Positions 10,597 to 20,595 of a DNA stretch of 64,000 bases are shown one piece after another; position 1 is the stretch's first letter; the number at the start of each line of letters is the position of its first letter. The notes beneath the pieces are model-generated. The model ran no database searches. It saw nothing but the letters and a program-made list of their open reading frames with translations, and was not told where the DNA came from. The stretch comes from Rhodospirillaceae bacterium. Its GTDB lineage: Bacteria; Pseudomonadota; Alphaproteobacteria; MPNO01; UBA2964. A program made the translations under genes and the position numbers. The DNA is taken from NCBI GenBank assembly GCA_002720855.1, contig PBIN01000006.1, forward strand, positions 368 to 64,367, in the 5' to 3' direction.

Positions 10597-11658
10597 TCAG
10601 ACGTCTTCCAGCTTCGGAAAGGTAAAAGTCTTGGTCTGATCGATGTTTAATTGCAGCCGGTCGCCGATTGCCGCATCGAACGGGCCAGGATGGCGAGCCG
10701 TAATGTGCTCCGCGTCATCGATTTCTTCACTAAATCCCAAGCGAACATGGCTTGAACCGCCCACATAATCTACCGCGCAAACGTGCACTTGCTTGGAAAG
10801 CGAATTTTCTAACTCCTCTGATCCCAGGGAAATAGCATCAGGGCGAACGAGAACATCGATTGCGGCGCCGTCGGGGTAATTTTTATTCGGTATTTGACCA
10901 GCTTCGGTTGTAATCCATTCGCCATCAACGACACCTTCGAGGTGGTTTACATCGCCAAAGAACTCTGCCGCAAAGGCGTCCACCGGCTCATTATAGAGTT
11001 CCCGCGGCGAACCCGTTTGGACAACACGTCCATTGCGCATAAGAACGATGCGGTCAGCCATCAACATAGCTTCTTCGGGGTCGTGCGTGACCATGATCGC
11101 CGTAACACCTTGCTCCTTAAGGATATCTCTGGTTTCACGTCTAATTTTCGTCCGTAACGTTGTATCCAATCCCGAGAATGGCTCGTCCAGCAAGAGCAGG
11201 CGAGGTCGGGGCGCACGGGCACGAGCCAATGCAACACGCTGTTGTTCGCCACCGGACAATTCATGCGGATATTTGTCCGCATGGGCTGTCATTCGGATCT
11301 GACTCAGCATTTCTCCTGTGCGTTGGTTGGTCTGATCCTTGGTCTGATCCGGGAGGCCGTACGCTATATTTTCCGCGACTGTCAGGTGAGGAAACAGCGC
11401 ATAGTCCTGAAATAGAAATCCAACGCCCCTTTTTTGCGGCGCGACAGCGGTTCCAGGAGCTGACACAACTTCATTATCAATTTTTATAGTGCCGCCTTCA
11501 GGTCTTTCGAATCCGGCAATCAAACGGAGCGTCGTCGTCTTGCCGCACCCGCTTGGTCCCAGCAGGCAAACGAGTTCTCCGTCGCCAACATCGAAAGAGA
11601 CTCCGCGAATGATTTGATGGTCGTCAAACCGAAGACTTAGGTTTTCAAGCTTGAGCAT
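10597..11658 (-). CDS. fbpC: Fe(III) ABC transporter ATPase (FbpC/FutC-like)
   Basis: GPSGCGKTT, FQDYALFPHL, LSGGEQQR, LDEPFS; divergent from the fbpAB-containing operon. Confidence 0.85.
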   Translation of the reverse strand: MLKLENLSLRFDDHQIIRGVSFDVGDGELVCLLGPSGCGKTTTLRLIAGFERPEGGTIKIDNEVVSAPGTAVAPQKRGVGFLFQDYALFPHLTVAENIAYGLPDQTKDQTNQRTGEMLSQIRMTAHADKYPHELSGGEQQRVALARARAPRPRLLLLDEPFSGLDTTLRTKIRRETRDILKEQGVTAIMVTHDPEEAMLMADRIVLMRNGRVVQTGSPRELYNEPVDAFAAEFFGDVNHLEGVVDGEWITTEAGQIPNKNYPDGAAIDVLVRPDAISLGSEELENSLSKQVHVCAVDYVGGSSHVRLGFSEEIDDAEHITARHPGPFDAAIGDRLQLNIDQTKTFTFPKLEDV

Positions 11659-11846
11659 CAAAGTGTTTCCGGACGCCGTAAATTGTTGTTTCGAAGGGTG
11701 TTTCGCAGAAAGAATTTTTCATTTGAAAATTCTGCACATCTTATGCTGCGCATAAAAGCCTGTAAATAAATCTCGTCGCTTATTTTTTCGCTAATTTCAG
11801 CGGTTTTGCGGACAAAAACGTTATTATGAATTTTCCCTCCGCCTTT

Positions 11847-11899
11847 AATTGAGAATCGTTTGCAATTGAGTTGACATTAATAATCATTCTCATTAGGAA
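11847..11899 (+). promoter_or_regulatory. Two Fur-box-like operators overlapping a sigma70 promoter
   Basis: AATTGAGAATCGTTTGCAATT (11847-11867) and ATTAATAATCATTCTCATT (11876-11894); TTGACA -35 at 11871-11876, candidate -10 TAGGAA at 11894-11899. Confidence 0.75.
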
Positions 11900-11950
11900 T
11901 CCTTGTTGCCTTGGCATCGATCAGGCGTATTCGACTCTGGGAGAGATGAG

Positions 11951-13363
11951 ATGACGAGTTACTACAAAACACTAGGTATTACGGTCGCAGCAGTGGCATT
12001 GGTTTCAGCGCCTGTTCTGGCTGCTGATAACGTTTACGGGACGTTCCCCGTGACAGAAAAAAGCTACAAGGGTTCCAAGAAAAACTCCGTAGCGTATACC
12101 GGGCAGATTGCACGCCAGGTATTGCATGATTCACTTAAGAAGTTGGCCGGCAAGGGCAATGGCAAACCAAATGCCAAGCTTAAGGCAGAGATGATGTCTT
12201 ACTATGCTGGCAAGGGTAAGGGTCGCAGTATTGTTGCTCCTAAATCAAAGGGCACTTTCACGATCAAACAGACTGCTGTTGATCAGATCAGCAAGAAGAA
12301 GAATCTTTCCGGCAAGACCTATAAAGGGGCTATTTCCGGAATGCCCAATAATATGACGGGCCCTGAGCTAGTTAAGTTCTGGATTGACAAGGCATCTTCC
12401 GCCAAGAAAGGCGTTGATGCAGCAAACGGTTATAACTACCCGCAGCTGATTTCAAAGTTCATCATGGGCGCGGTTTTCTATAACCAGGCCGTCGATAACT
12501 ATCTTGACGAAAAATTGGGTGCGAAGAACAAACCCAATAACAAACCTTATAAGAAGGGTGCTGCGTACACTGGTAAGGAACATAGCTGGGACGAAGCTTT
12601 CGGTTATTTCGGTACACCAGCACATGCTTTGACGCTTTCACCAGATCAGCTTTATGGCATTGCCAAGCGTAAGGCCAAGGCAAAGTCCTACGCTGACAAG
12701 AATGGCGACGGCAAAGTCGACCTTTACAAGGAAATGGTCTTTGGTCCTGCTTACTATGCGGCAGGTTATGACCGGTCCGGTAAGACGTCCTATTCCAAGA
12801 ATATCGTAACGGCATTCCTGGACGGACGTAAGCTTATCACGTCAGCTAATGGTGCTGCGTTGACTGATGGTCAACGTGCTAAGCTTCGCGCGTATGCCAA
12901 GGTTATCGAGAAAAACTGGCAGCAGACTCTCGCAGAATCTGTTTTCAAATATGCGGGTTCAGTCTTCAAGGATCTGAAGAAGATTCGCGCTAATCATGCA
13001 GCCAAGAAATCCAATGACAAAGCGTTGAAGAAGTACATCAAACATTGGGGTGAATTGAAGGGCTTCAGCCTGGCTCTGCAAACAGGCAAGTCCAACCTTG
13101 GTGAGACCGCCGCACGGCTTAACCGCCTTATCGGATACGGACCGGTTATGATGAACGCAAGTCAGGTCACGGACATCGACAGCAAAGGCAACTACGTTAA
13201 GGGTGAAGCATCAGGTTTGGGTGAATATATGGCCCATATGCTTAAGGCCCAGAAGCTGATGGTCGATAAGTTCGGCGTTAAGGCACGCAATAACGATCAA
13301 ATGGCTAACATGAGTGAAATGCTCAAAAAGTTAGGCAGCGGATCAGCGGCCGAAAACGACTAA
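11951..13363 (+). CDS. Secreted DUF4856-like protein, Lys-rich, putatively iron-regulated
   Basis: Sec signal peptide (..APVLA-AD), YxGQxxR, KFIMGA.FYNQAVDNYLDE, EHSWDEAFGYFG, EF-hand-like DKNGDGKVD, HWGELKGF; family recalled from motifs, not searched. Confidence 0.72.
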   Translation: MTSYYKTLGITVAAVALVSAPVLAADNVYGTFPVTEKSYKGSKKNSVAYTGQIARQVLHDSLKKLAGKGNGKPNAKLKAEMMSYYAGKGKGRSIVAPKSKGTFTIKQTAVDQISKKKNLSGKTYKGAISGMPNNMTGPELVKFWIDKASSAKKGVDAANGYNYPQLISKFIMGAVFYNQAVDNYLDEKLGAKNKPNNKPYKKGAAYTGKEHSWDEAFGYFGTPAHALTLSPDQLYGIAKRKAKAKSYADKNGDGKVDLYKEMVFGPAYYAAGYDRSGKTSYSKNIVTAFLDGRKLITSANGAALTDGQRAKLRAYAKVIEKNWQQTLAESVFKYAGSVFKDLKKIRANHAAKKSNDKALKKYIKHWGELKGFSLALQTGKSNLGETAARLNRLIGYGPVMMNASQVTDIDSKGNYVKGEASGLGEYMAHMLKAQKLMVDKFGVKARNNDQMANMSEMLKKLGSGSAAEND

Positions 13364-13373
13364 TCGTTTTATC

Positions 13374-13421
13374 GCAAAAGGAGGCAGCTGGTACGATCGT
13401 GCCCGCTGCCTCTTTTGCTTT
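13374..13421 (+). terminator. Intra-operon stem-loop (partial terminator or mRNA stabiliser)
   Basis: GCAAAAGGAGGCAGC...GCTGCCTCTTTTGC inverted repeat followed by TTT. Confidence 0.7.
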
Positions 13422-13443
13422 CCGGTAGTCGGAATCTTTAGCG

Positions 13444-14460
13444 ATGATAATTGACTGGGTAACTCAGGAATATCTGCCGCTTTTAGTGGACTCATTCACC
13501 AACCCTCAAAAAAGGGTTTCGGTCGGATACTTACTGGTTGCTATTGTCGTTGCTCTGATCTGGAGCGCTTGGGTCTCCAAATCATCTTGGCGCAAAGGTG
13601 CGTCAGAAGGCTTCAAAAATATTCTTGGGCGCGCCGTGATTTTTTCACGCTCTGCCCGAGCTGATTACAAATTGCTTTTGGTCAATCAGGCGATCATGCT
13701 GGCGATGACGCCACTCTTCGTGACCAAGCTGGCAGTGGCAACGGCGCTCTTCATGTATATGCATGAGACGATACCGGCAGGGTCCGCATTCTTCGGCGAT
13801 GTTTCTGTTTGGACTGTATCGATCATCTATACAGTTTTTCTGTTTGTACTAGATGATTTCTCACGCTTCGCCGTGCATTACTGTCTTCACAGAGTCCCCT
13901 GCTTATGGGCATTCCACAAAACACATCACTCTGCTGAAACATTGACGCCCTTTACTGTTTATCGAACTCATCCAATTGAAGGAGTGCTTTTCTCCTTCAG
14001 AGGAATATTTGTTCAGGCGATCTCAATTTCATTGTTTGTATTCTTCTTTGGAGATCGTGTCGATTTGGTGTCGATCTACGGCGTAAATGCCCTACTTTTC
14101 ATATTCAACGTTACCGGGGCCAATCTCCGGCATTCGCACATTAGAATCCGTTACGGCGCTGGCCCTGAACATATATTTATGTCACCAGCACAGCATCAGA
14201 TTCACCACTCGATTGCGCCAGAGCATCACGATCGAAATTTCGGCGCGGCACTGGCAATCTGGGACTGGCTTTCCGGCACGCTATATATTTCCAAGAAGGA
14301 AGAAACAGTTTCGTTTGGATTGGAAGAGACTCCAGAACCAAACGCACATGACCTGGCGACGTTGTATTTTGCACCGTTCGCTGAAATTTTTCATAGCTTC
14401 GTAGATCGTATTCCCGGTCTGCGCTCTGGAGAAAAGAAAGATGTTAAGCACGCGATCTAG
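13444..14460 (+). CDS. Sterol desaturase / fatty-acid hydroxylase superfamily membrane di-iron enzyme
   Basis: His boxes HYCLH, HKTHH, HP.E, NLRHS, HQIHH; NFG..L.IWD; several TM helices. Confidence 0.88.
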   Translation: MIIDWVTQEYLPLLVDSFTNPQKRVSVGYLLVAIVVALIWSAWVSKSSWRKGASEGFKNILGRAVIFSRSARADYKLLLVNQAIMLAMTPLFVTKLAVATALFMYMHETIPAGSAFFGDVSVWTVSIIYTVFLFVLDDFSRFAVHYCLHRVPCLWAFHKTHHSAETLTPFTVYRTHPIEGVLFSFRGIFVQAISISLFVFFFGDRVDLVSIYGVNALLFIFNVTGANLRHSHIRIRYGAGPEHIFMSPAQHQIHHSIAPEHHDRNFGAALAIWDWLSGTLYISKKEETVSFGLEETPEPNAHDLATLYFAPFAEIFHSFVDRIPGLRSGEKKDVKHAI

Positions 14461-15478
14461 CTTCTTACGTTTGATAAATAAAACAGTTGTTGCCGTGTTA
14501 TTGGCGGTTGGCTTGATAGCACCGGTGGCAGCGGCCGAACTGAATGTTTACTCGCATCGGCAACCCTTCCTTATAAACCCATTCCTAAAAGCATTTGAAA
14601 AAGAATCCGGGATTAAGGTGAATGTCGTATTCGCGTCCAAAGGGCTGGTTCAGCGTCTTTTGGCGGAAGGCGCGCGCAGCCCCGCTGACGTCGTGCTTAC
14701 GGTCGATATTGGCCGGCTCTACGCCTATGTGGACAAGAACCTTTTTTCGGCGGTCACGTCTGAGAAGCTTTCCAAGAACATTCCTGCGCATCTGCGGGAT
14801 TCTGGAAATCGCTGGTTTGGCCTGTCAAAACGTGCACGGATCGTTGCGATTTCTAAAGATCGTGTGAAACCCTCTGAAATTACACAGATTGAAGATCTTG
14901 CTAAGCCAAAGTGGAAGGGCAGAGTCTGCAGCCGTCCCGGTAGTCATGTTTACAATCGCGCTTTACTCGCCTCGGTCGTGGCGGCAAAGGGCGAGAAGGC
15001 TGCTGAAGCGTGGGCACGTGGTCTGGTTGCCAATCTCGCCAGACGTCCTCAGGGAAATGACCGTGCACAGGTTAAAGCGATTTACGAAGGCGTTTGCGAC
15101 GTAGCCATTATCAACAGCTACTATTTTGGCAAGCTCAAGACATCCAAAATCGCCGATCAGCGTGGTTGGGCGAAGGGCATTCAGATCCTGTTCACCAATC
15201 AGAAAGATCGCGGCAATCACGTTAATATTTCAGGCGGCGGTGTCGTTAAATTTTCGAAAAACAAAAAGGCAGCGGTCAAACTTCTTGAGTTCCTGACCGA
15301 ACAAACCGCACAAACGCTTTACGGCGAAATCAATTTCGAGTTTCCGATTAATCCTAAGACCGAATCCAGCGCTGAAGTTAAGTCGTGGGGCGCGTTCAAG
15401 GAAGACCAGCTTCGCATTGAAAAGATTGCCGAATTGACACCCGTAGCTCAGAGAATTATTGATCGGGTTGGATGGTAA
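14441..15478 (+). CDS. fbpA: Fe(III) ABC transporter periplasmic binding protein (FutA/FbpA-like)
   Basis: Signal peptide, YSHRQ, AEG.RSPAD, YNRAL, PQGNDRAQ, NSYY tyrosine ligands, G.HVNISG. Confidence 0.92.
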   Translation: MLSTRSSFLRLINKTVVAVLLAVGLIAPVAAAELNVYSHRQPFLINPFLKAFEKESGIKVNVVFASKGLVQRLLAEGARSPADVVLTVDIGRLYAYVDKNLFSAVTSEKLSKNIPAHLRDSGNRWFGLSKRARIVAISKDRVKPSEITQIEDLAKPKWKGRVCSRPGSHVYNRALLASVVAAKGEKAAEAWARGLVANLARRPQGNDRAQVKAIYEGVCDVAIINSYYFGKLKTSKIADQRGWAKGIQILFTNQKDRGNHVNISGGGVVKFSKNKKAAVKLLEFLTEQTAQTLYGEINFEFPINPKTESSAEVKSWGAFKEDQLRIEKIAELTPVAQRIIDRVGW

Positions 15479-17109
15479 ATGCGAAAGTACTGAGACAATT
15501 CACTCGTTCTAGCGACCAGGTTAGTCCCTGGTCGCTTACGACACTTGTTTTCGCTCTAATTCTTGTTGGCCCGTTTGTTGCAATTCTTGTAACGGCGACA
15601 GGCGACAGCGGCGGTTTATGGGCTCATCTAATGGCGACCGTATTCCCGCGCTATGTAGCGAATACGTTATGGCTGATGCTCGGTGTCGGTCTCCTCAGCC
15701 TGCTCTTTGGTATCGTTACAGCGTGGGTCGTTGCCCGGTATACATTCCCTGGCGCGAAGGTTTTGGAGTGGGCATTATTGCTACCGGCGACGGTGCCCGC
15801 CTATATTATCGCCTACACCTATACCGATTTGTTGGAATATGCCGGTCCGGTCCAGCTGTTCCTCCGTGAGATATTTGGCTGGTCGTCGGTACGCGATTAT
15901 TGGTTTCCTGAAATTCGCTCCATGGGTGGCGCCATCCTCGTGATGGCGTCTGTTCTCTATCCTTATATCTATCTGCTGGCGCGAACAGCTTTCCGATTAA
16001 CCCCCGCGTCATATTTTGAAGTCGCCCGCCTGACCAATAGAAACCCGGTACTTACCGTCGATTTGCCTCTAGCTCGACCCGCCATCATCGCCGGGCTCGC
16101 GCTGGTTTTGATGGAGGTCTTATCCGATTTCGGGACAGTCGAATTTTTTGCCGTGGAAACGCTAACCCTGGGGATTTTCAATGTTTGGCTGGGCATGAAC
16201 AATCTCACCGCGGCGGCACAGATTGCAGGCATGGCGTTTATTTTTATCCTGGCGCTTATTGTAATCGAACGTAGGGCGCGACGGCGGCAAAGATTCAACG
16301 ACACAAGCGGACGGGCAACGACACTCCCCGCTATCCAAGCGACGGGCGGCAGAGCGGTACTGTGTATCGTTATTTGCATGACTCCGATTGTATTGGGATT
16401 TGTTATCCCTGCCGGTGTTTTGCTCAATTTTGTCGTAAAGGGGCTGGCGATTACAAACATCGACGCTCTTTTGCAGGCATCGATTAACTCACTTTCGATA
16501 TCTCTGATATCTGCTGTCGCGGTGATGGCAATTGCTGCAGTGATGATTCTGACAACGACCTATCGGAAACACCCGATAATTAGGGCGCTTTCGACAATTT
16601 CAGCGCTTGGCTATGCATTTCCAGGAGCGATTCTGGCGATAGGCGTGGTGTCCTTTGCAGGGGGCGTTGATCGAGTCGCCGCCGAGTTTGGCATGTCTGA
16701 GGGATTTTTAATTGGCGGCGTCGGCCTTGTCGTTTTGGCTTGCATTGTTCGTTTTCAAGCTGTTGGTCATGGTGCAATTGCTTCGGGTGTCAATCACCTT
16801 TCTCCCAACATTATGAGTGCCAGCTATGTGCTTGGGAGAAGTTTCTCCAACACGATGATAACTCTTGCGCCGCCGCTTCTCAGAAAATCATTTCTTACTG
16901 GCGGAATCCTTGTTTTTGTCGATGTTATGAAGGAGCTTCCGATGACTTTGCTGCTTCGGCCCTTCAATTACGAGACACTTTCAACTTACGTTTACCAATT
17001 TGCCAAAGATGAACTTCTCGAAGAATCAGCGCTGGCGGCGCTGATGATCATAGTTGCCGGTCTGGGTCCTGTGATTCTTATAAACGCATCACAGCGAGAT
17101 AAATCCTAA
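15472..17109 (+). CDS. fbpB: Fe(III) ABC transporter permease (two-repeat)
   Basis: VLYPYIYLLAR, LPLARPAI, MEVLSDFGTV, KELP.TL.LRPFNYETL. Confidence 0.92.
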   Translation: MVNAKVLRQFTRSSDQVSPWSLTTLVFALILVGPFVAILVTATGDSGGLWAHLMATVFPRYVANTLWLMLGVGLLSLLFGIVTAWVVARYTFPGAKVLEWALLLPATVPAYIIAYTYTDLLEYAGPVQLFLREIFGWSSVRDYWFPEIRSMGGAILVMASVLYPYIYLLARTAFRLTPASYFEVARLTNRNPVLTVDLPLARPAIIAGLALVLMEVLSDFGTVEFFAVETLTLGIFNVWLGMNNLTAAAQIAGMAFIFILALIVIERRARRRQRFNDTSGRATTLPAIQATGGRAVLCIVICMTPIVLGFVIPAGVLLNFVVKGLAITNIDALLQASINSLSISLISAVAVMAIAAVMILTTTYRKHPIIRALSTISALGYAFPGAILAIGVVSFAGGVDRVAAEFGMSEGFLIGGVGLVVLACIVRFQAVGHGAIASGVNHLSPNIMSASYVLGRSFSNTMITLAPPLLRKSFLTGGILVFVDVMKELPMTLLLRPFNYETLSTYVYQFAKDELLEESALAALMIIVAGLGPVILINASQRDKS

Positions 17110-17119
17110 TCTCAATCTG

Positions 17120-17150
17120 AAAAAAGGCGGGTTATCGGACCCGCCTTTTT
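17120..17150. terminator. Bidirectional rho-independent terminator between fbpB and pckA
   Basis: AAAAAAGGCGGGT-TATCGG-ACCCGCCTTTTT. Confidence 0.85.
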
Positions 17151-17172
17151 CTTAAAACCAGCCGATTCTTGA

Positions 17173-18783
17173 TTAGGCCGCGGCGTGAATACCCGCTTTA
17201 TTGACCTCATCTTCAACATGAGATTCAAACTGCTTGAAGTTTTCTTCAAACTGTTTCGCTAAATGCTGCGCTGTATTGTCATACTCGCCTTTATCGCTCC
17301 AGGTGTTACGAGGAGCCAATACATCGCTTGGCACATCAGGACATCCTTCCGGAACCAATAGTCCGAAATTCGGGTCCTGGGCAACGCCGCTGGTCGCCAG
17401 TTTGCCGTCAAGGGCGGCACGGACCATTGCCCGGGTATGTGCGATCTTCATCCGTTCCCCGACGCCATAGGCGCCACCACTCCAGCCAGTATTGACCAAC
17501 CAACAATTTGATTTGTGTTTGGCGATCCGTTCGCCAAGTAACTTGGCGTATACAGTTGGGTGACGCGGCAGGAACGGTGCACCGAAACAGGTCGAGAAGG
17601 TTGCTTCCGCACCCGATGTCATGCCCCGTTCGGTACCAGCAACCTTTGCAGTATAGCCGGACAGGAAGTGATACATCGCCTGCTCCGCCGTCATTTTGCT
17701 TATTGGCGGCAATACGCCAAACGCGTCTGCTGTTAACATCACGATGTTATCGGGGTGTCCACCCATACCGGTGTCGCTGACATTGTCGAGAAAATCGATT
17801 GGATAGGACGATCGGGCATTCTCGGCAAGTGAGCCGTCGTCAAAATCCGGTGTCCGCGTTACCGGATCAAGTACAACATTTTCCAGGACGGTGCCGAAAC
17901 GCCGGGATGCCGCGTATATTTCCGGTTCCGCCTCAGCCGACAGGTTAATCGTCTTGGCGTAGCAGCCGCCTTCGAAGTTGAAGACGCCATTGTCGGACCA
18001 GCCGTGCTCATCATCTCCGATCATTGTCCGCGTTGAGTCTGAAGAGAGCGTTGTCTTACCGGTGCCTGACAGGCCGAAGAAGATCGCGACGTCGCCCGCG
18101 GGACCAACATTGGACGAACAATGCATCGTCATGATCCCAAGTGCCGGCAGGATCCAGTTCATGACGCCGAAAATACTTTTCTTGATTTCACCGGTGTAAT
18201 GACTGCCACCTACAAGTACGGTTTTGGCAGGGATATTTACCAAAATGCAGACTTCGCTGTTGGTGCCGTCGCTATCTGGAATTGAGTGGAAATCCGGTGC
18301 GTGGATCACTGTCCATTCCGGGGTAAATCCGGCAAGTTCTTCATTCGCGGGCTGGAGGAACATGTTGCGGGCAAAAAGACTGTGCCAGGCGTTTTCGGTG
18401 ATGATGCGCACCGGCAGTCGATAAGTCGGATCGGCGCCGCAATAGCAATCCTGAACAAAGACTTCCTTGTCTTTCAGGTAATCCATCATCCGGGCATGGA
18501 CGCCCGAAAATTTATCTGCGCCAAGTGGTTGATTGACCGGGCCCCACCATACATCTTCCTGAATAGAAGGGTCTTCGATCATGAATTTGTCTTTAGGGGA
18601 ACGGCCCGTGTATTCACCGGTCTCTGTAACGAAGGCACCGTCTACGGAGAGTACGCCTTCATTGCGTCGTAATCCCGCCTCATAAAGTTGCGGAGCTGTT
18701 TGATTCCAGTGAACGGTTGAGTTGCCCGTCAGCCCGTGATTGTCGATGCCAAACTTACTGATAAATGGTCCGATATCCGCCAC
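17173..18783 (-). CDS. pckA: Phosphoenolpyruvate carboxykinase (ATP)
   Basis: TGRSPKDK, GLSGTGKTTLS, IGDDEHGW, NFEGGCYAK; GTG start with GGAG RBS. Confidence 0.98.
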   Translation of the reverse strand: MADIGPFISKFGIDNHGLTGNSTVHWNQTAPQLYEAGLRRNEGVLSVDGAFVTETGEYTGRSPKDKFMIEDPSIQEDVWWGPVNQPLGADKFSGVHARMMDYLKDKEVFVQDCYCGADPTYRLPVRIITENAWHSLFARNMFLQPANEELAGFTPEWTVIHAPDFHSIPDSDGTNSEVCILVNIPAKTVLVGGSHYTGEIKKSIFGVMNWILPALGIMTMHCSSNVGPAGDVAIFFGLSGTGKTTLSSDSTRTMIGDDEHGWSDNGVFNFEGGCYAKTINLSAEAEPEIYAASRRFGTVLENVVLDPVTRTPDFDDGSLAENARSSYPIDFLDNVSDTGMGGHPDNIVMLTADAFGVLPPISKMTAEQAMYHFLSGYTAKVAGTERGMTSGAEATFSTCFGAPFLPRHPTVYAKLLGERIAKHKSNCWLVNTGWSGGAYGVGERMKIAHTRAMVRAALDGKLATSGVAQDPNFGLLVPEGCPDVPSDVLAPRNTWSDKGEYDNTAQHLAKQFEENFKQFESHVEDEVNKAGIHAAA

Positions 18784-18929
18784 ATCTCTCTCCTGAAACT
18801 GTTATCGCCGACCTCACGTGCCGGCGACTTATAACGCTAATTTGCGCGTCTATAGCGCAAACCCAACCCCGTTTCAAACATAACCTCACAGAGAGGTTAC
18901 CGCAACTCTTGCGAACATCACTCGGCGAC

Positions 18930-19661
18930 TCACTTTTCCGCGGTTTTCCGCGACTTTTTAGCAAGTTTCACTAGCTCGGAACGTGCCTGGTCAGCGTTAC
19001 AGATGATTCGGTCAAACCCGAGTCGCGCAACGTTTTCGGCAAATCGTAAATCGCATCCCTCAGGGTCGATTCCGGTCATTTGCCATTCACCAGCCTGTTG
19101 ATCGAGGAGCGCCGTCGCATAGGCGCGGATGGCGTCTTTATGATCATCATTCATATGCGAAACGATCCGCCCCTCTGCAGCGGCCAACTCGTCTGTTTCG
19201 GATGCATCGAAATAGTATGCATCGCTCGATATCCAGTGAATTTCACCGAATCCAGCCACCATATGAACACGTTCAACGGTCATACAATAAAGTGAAAAAT
19301 CATCAAAACCGGCATACATCTCGGCATCTTGATGACGCCTTATATATCGCTCCATTGCTTGTTTTTCGGTGTATTTCTCGAGTATTCCGTTCAGCGTAAT
19401 CCGGGACCCGGTCAGCGGTGTCTCAAGGCCCACGGTTCCATCGATAAGGAGGCTGCAGCGTCGATCAATCTGAATATTCTGAGTGTGTTCGGCGAGGTCC
19501 GATATGAGGAGCAATGGGTTTCCGCTGAAATCCGTTGCGAGCATCACAAGCGACGCATAAGGCGATCCGTCGTCCCGCATGATTGTCGCGAGGGATCCCC
19601 TATCCACAGCTCGAACCAGATGCCTAGCCCTTTCGCCTAATTCTCTGTCATTCTTTGTCAT
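18930..19661 (-). CDS. HugZ/pyridoxamine 5'-phosphate oxidase-like protein with DUF2470 domain
   Basis: PYASLV, LISDLAEHT.N, VAGFG.I.W, HMNDDH, GIDPEG. Confidence 0.85.
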   Translation of the reverse strand: MTKNDRELGERARHLVRAVDRGSLATIMRDDGSPYASLVMLATDFSGNPLLLISDLAEHTQNIQIDRRCSLLIDGTVGLETPLTGSRITLNGILEKYTEKQAMERYIRRHQDAEMYAGFDDFSLYCMTVERVHMVAGFGEIHWISSDAYYFDASETDELAAAEGRIVSHMNDDHKDAIRAYATALLDQQAGEWQMTGIDPEGCDLRFAENVARLGFDRIICNADQARSELVKLAKKSRKTAEK

Positions 19662-19887
19662 AAACTTGTTCTCTCGAAATCGACTGTTGAAAATTATAGC
19701 GCATTAAAATTGCCGAATTGTTGCGGAATAACCTCAAATTTGTTGCCCGATCTGATAAAAAGACTGCATATGGCCCTTTTGATGCCCCATTTCCGCCTGA
19801 ATTCGCCGATATCAGGCATCCCTACGGAAACATGGGAGCTAAAAAATGGGTTTGTCACAAAGCGAGATCACAATTGGAGGTTTGCCT

Positions 19888-20589
19888 GTGGGTCACACAA
19901 TAGCGTTGGTTGACGATGACCGAAATATTCTGACGTCTGTGACGATGGCGTTGGAAGCAGAGGGCTTTGACGTTCGAACTTTCACCGACGGTGATGCGGC
20001 GCTCCACGGTTTGAGCGCGCGCCCGGTCGATCTGGCAATCCTCGATATTAAGATGCCCAGAATGGATGGGATGGAGCTATTACAGAGACTCCGAAAACAA
20101 AGTGATCTTCCGGTTATCTTTCTTACATCGAAAGATGACGAAGTTGATGAGATTCTCGGTTTGCGGATGGGTGCCGACGATTATGTCAAAAAACCCTTTT
20201 CCCAGCGTCTGCTGCTTGAGCGCATTCAGGCATTGCTGCGTCGGCGCGAACGGACAGAATCGACGGAAATTGACGACGATGTTGAACCGCCTATTAAAAG
20301 AGGTGATCTCGTTCTCGATACGTCCCGCCATCTTTGCACTTGGCAGGGGGAGGCCGTTAATCTTACGGTGACCGAGTTTCTTATTGTAAAATTACTGGCC
20401 GCGCGTCCCGGCCTCGTCAAAAATCGAGATCAACTAATGGACGCCGCCTACGGGGAGCATATCTATGTCGACGACCGTACCATCGACAGCCATATCAAAA
20501 GGCTTCGCAAGAAGTTCAAAGTTGTCGATGCAGATTTCGATCATATCGAAACTCTTTACGGGATCGGCTACCGTTACCGCGACGAGTGA
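19888..20589 (+). CDS. chvI: Response regulator ChvI (OmpR family)
   Basis: [37 protein letters not shown]; GGAGG before GTG; synteny. Confidence 0.95.
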   Translation: MGHTIALVDDDRNILTSVTMALEAEGFDVRTFTDGDAALHGLSARPVDLAILDIKMPRMDGMELLQRLRKQSDLPVIFLTSKDDEVDEILGLRMGADDYVKKPFSQRLLLERIQALLRRRERTESTEIDDDVEPPIKRGDLVLDTSRHLCTWQGEAVNLTVTEFLIVKLLAARPGLVKNRDQLMDAAYGEHIYVDDRTIDSHIKRLRKKFKVVDADFDHIETLYGIGYRYRDE

Positions 20590-20595
20590 TTTCTC

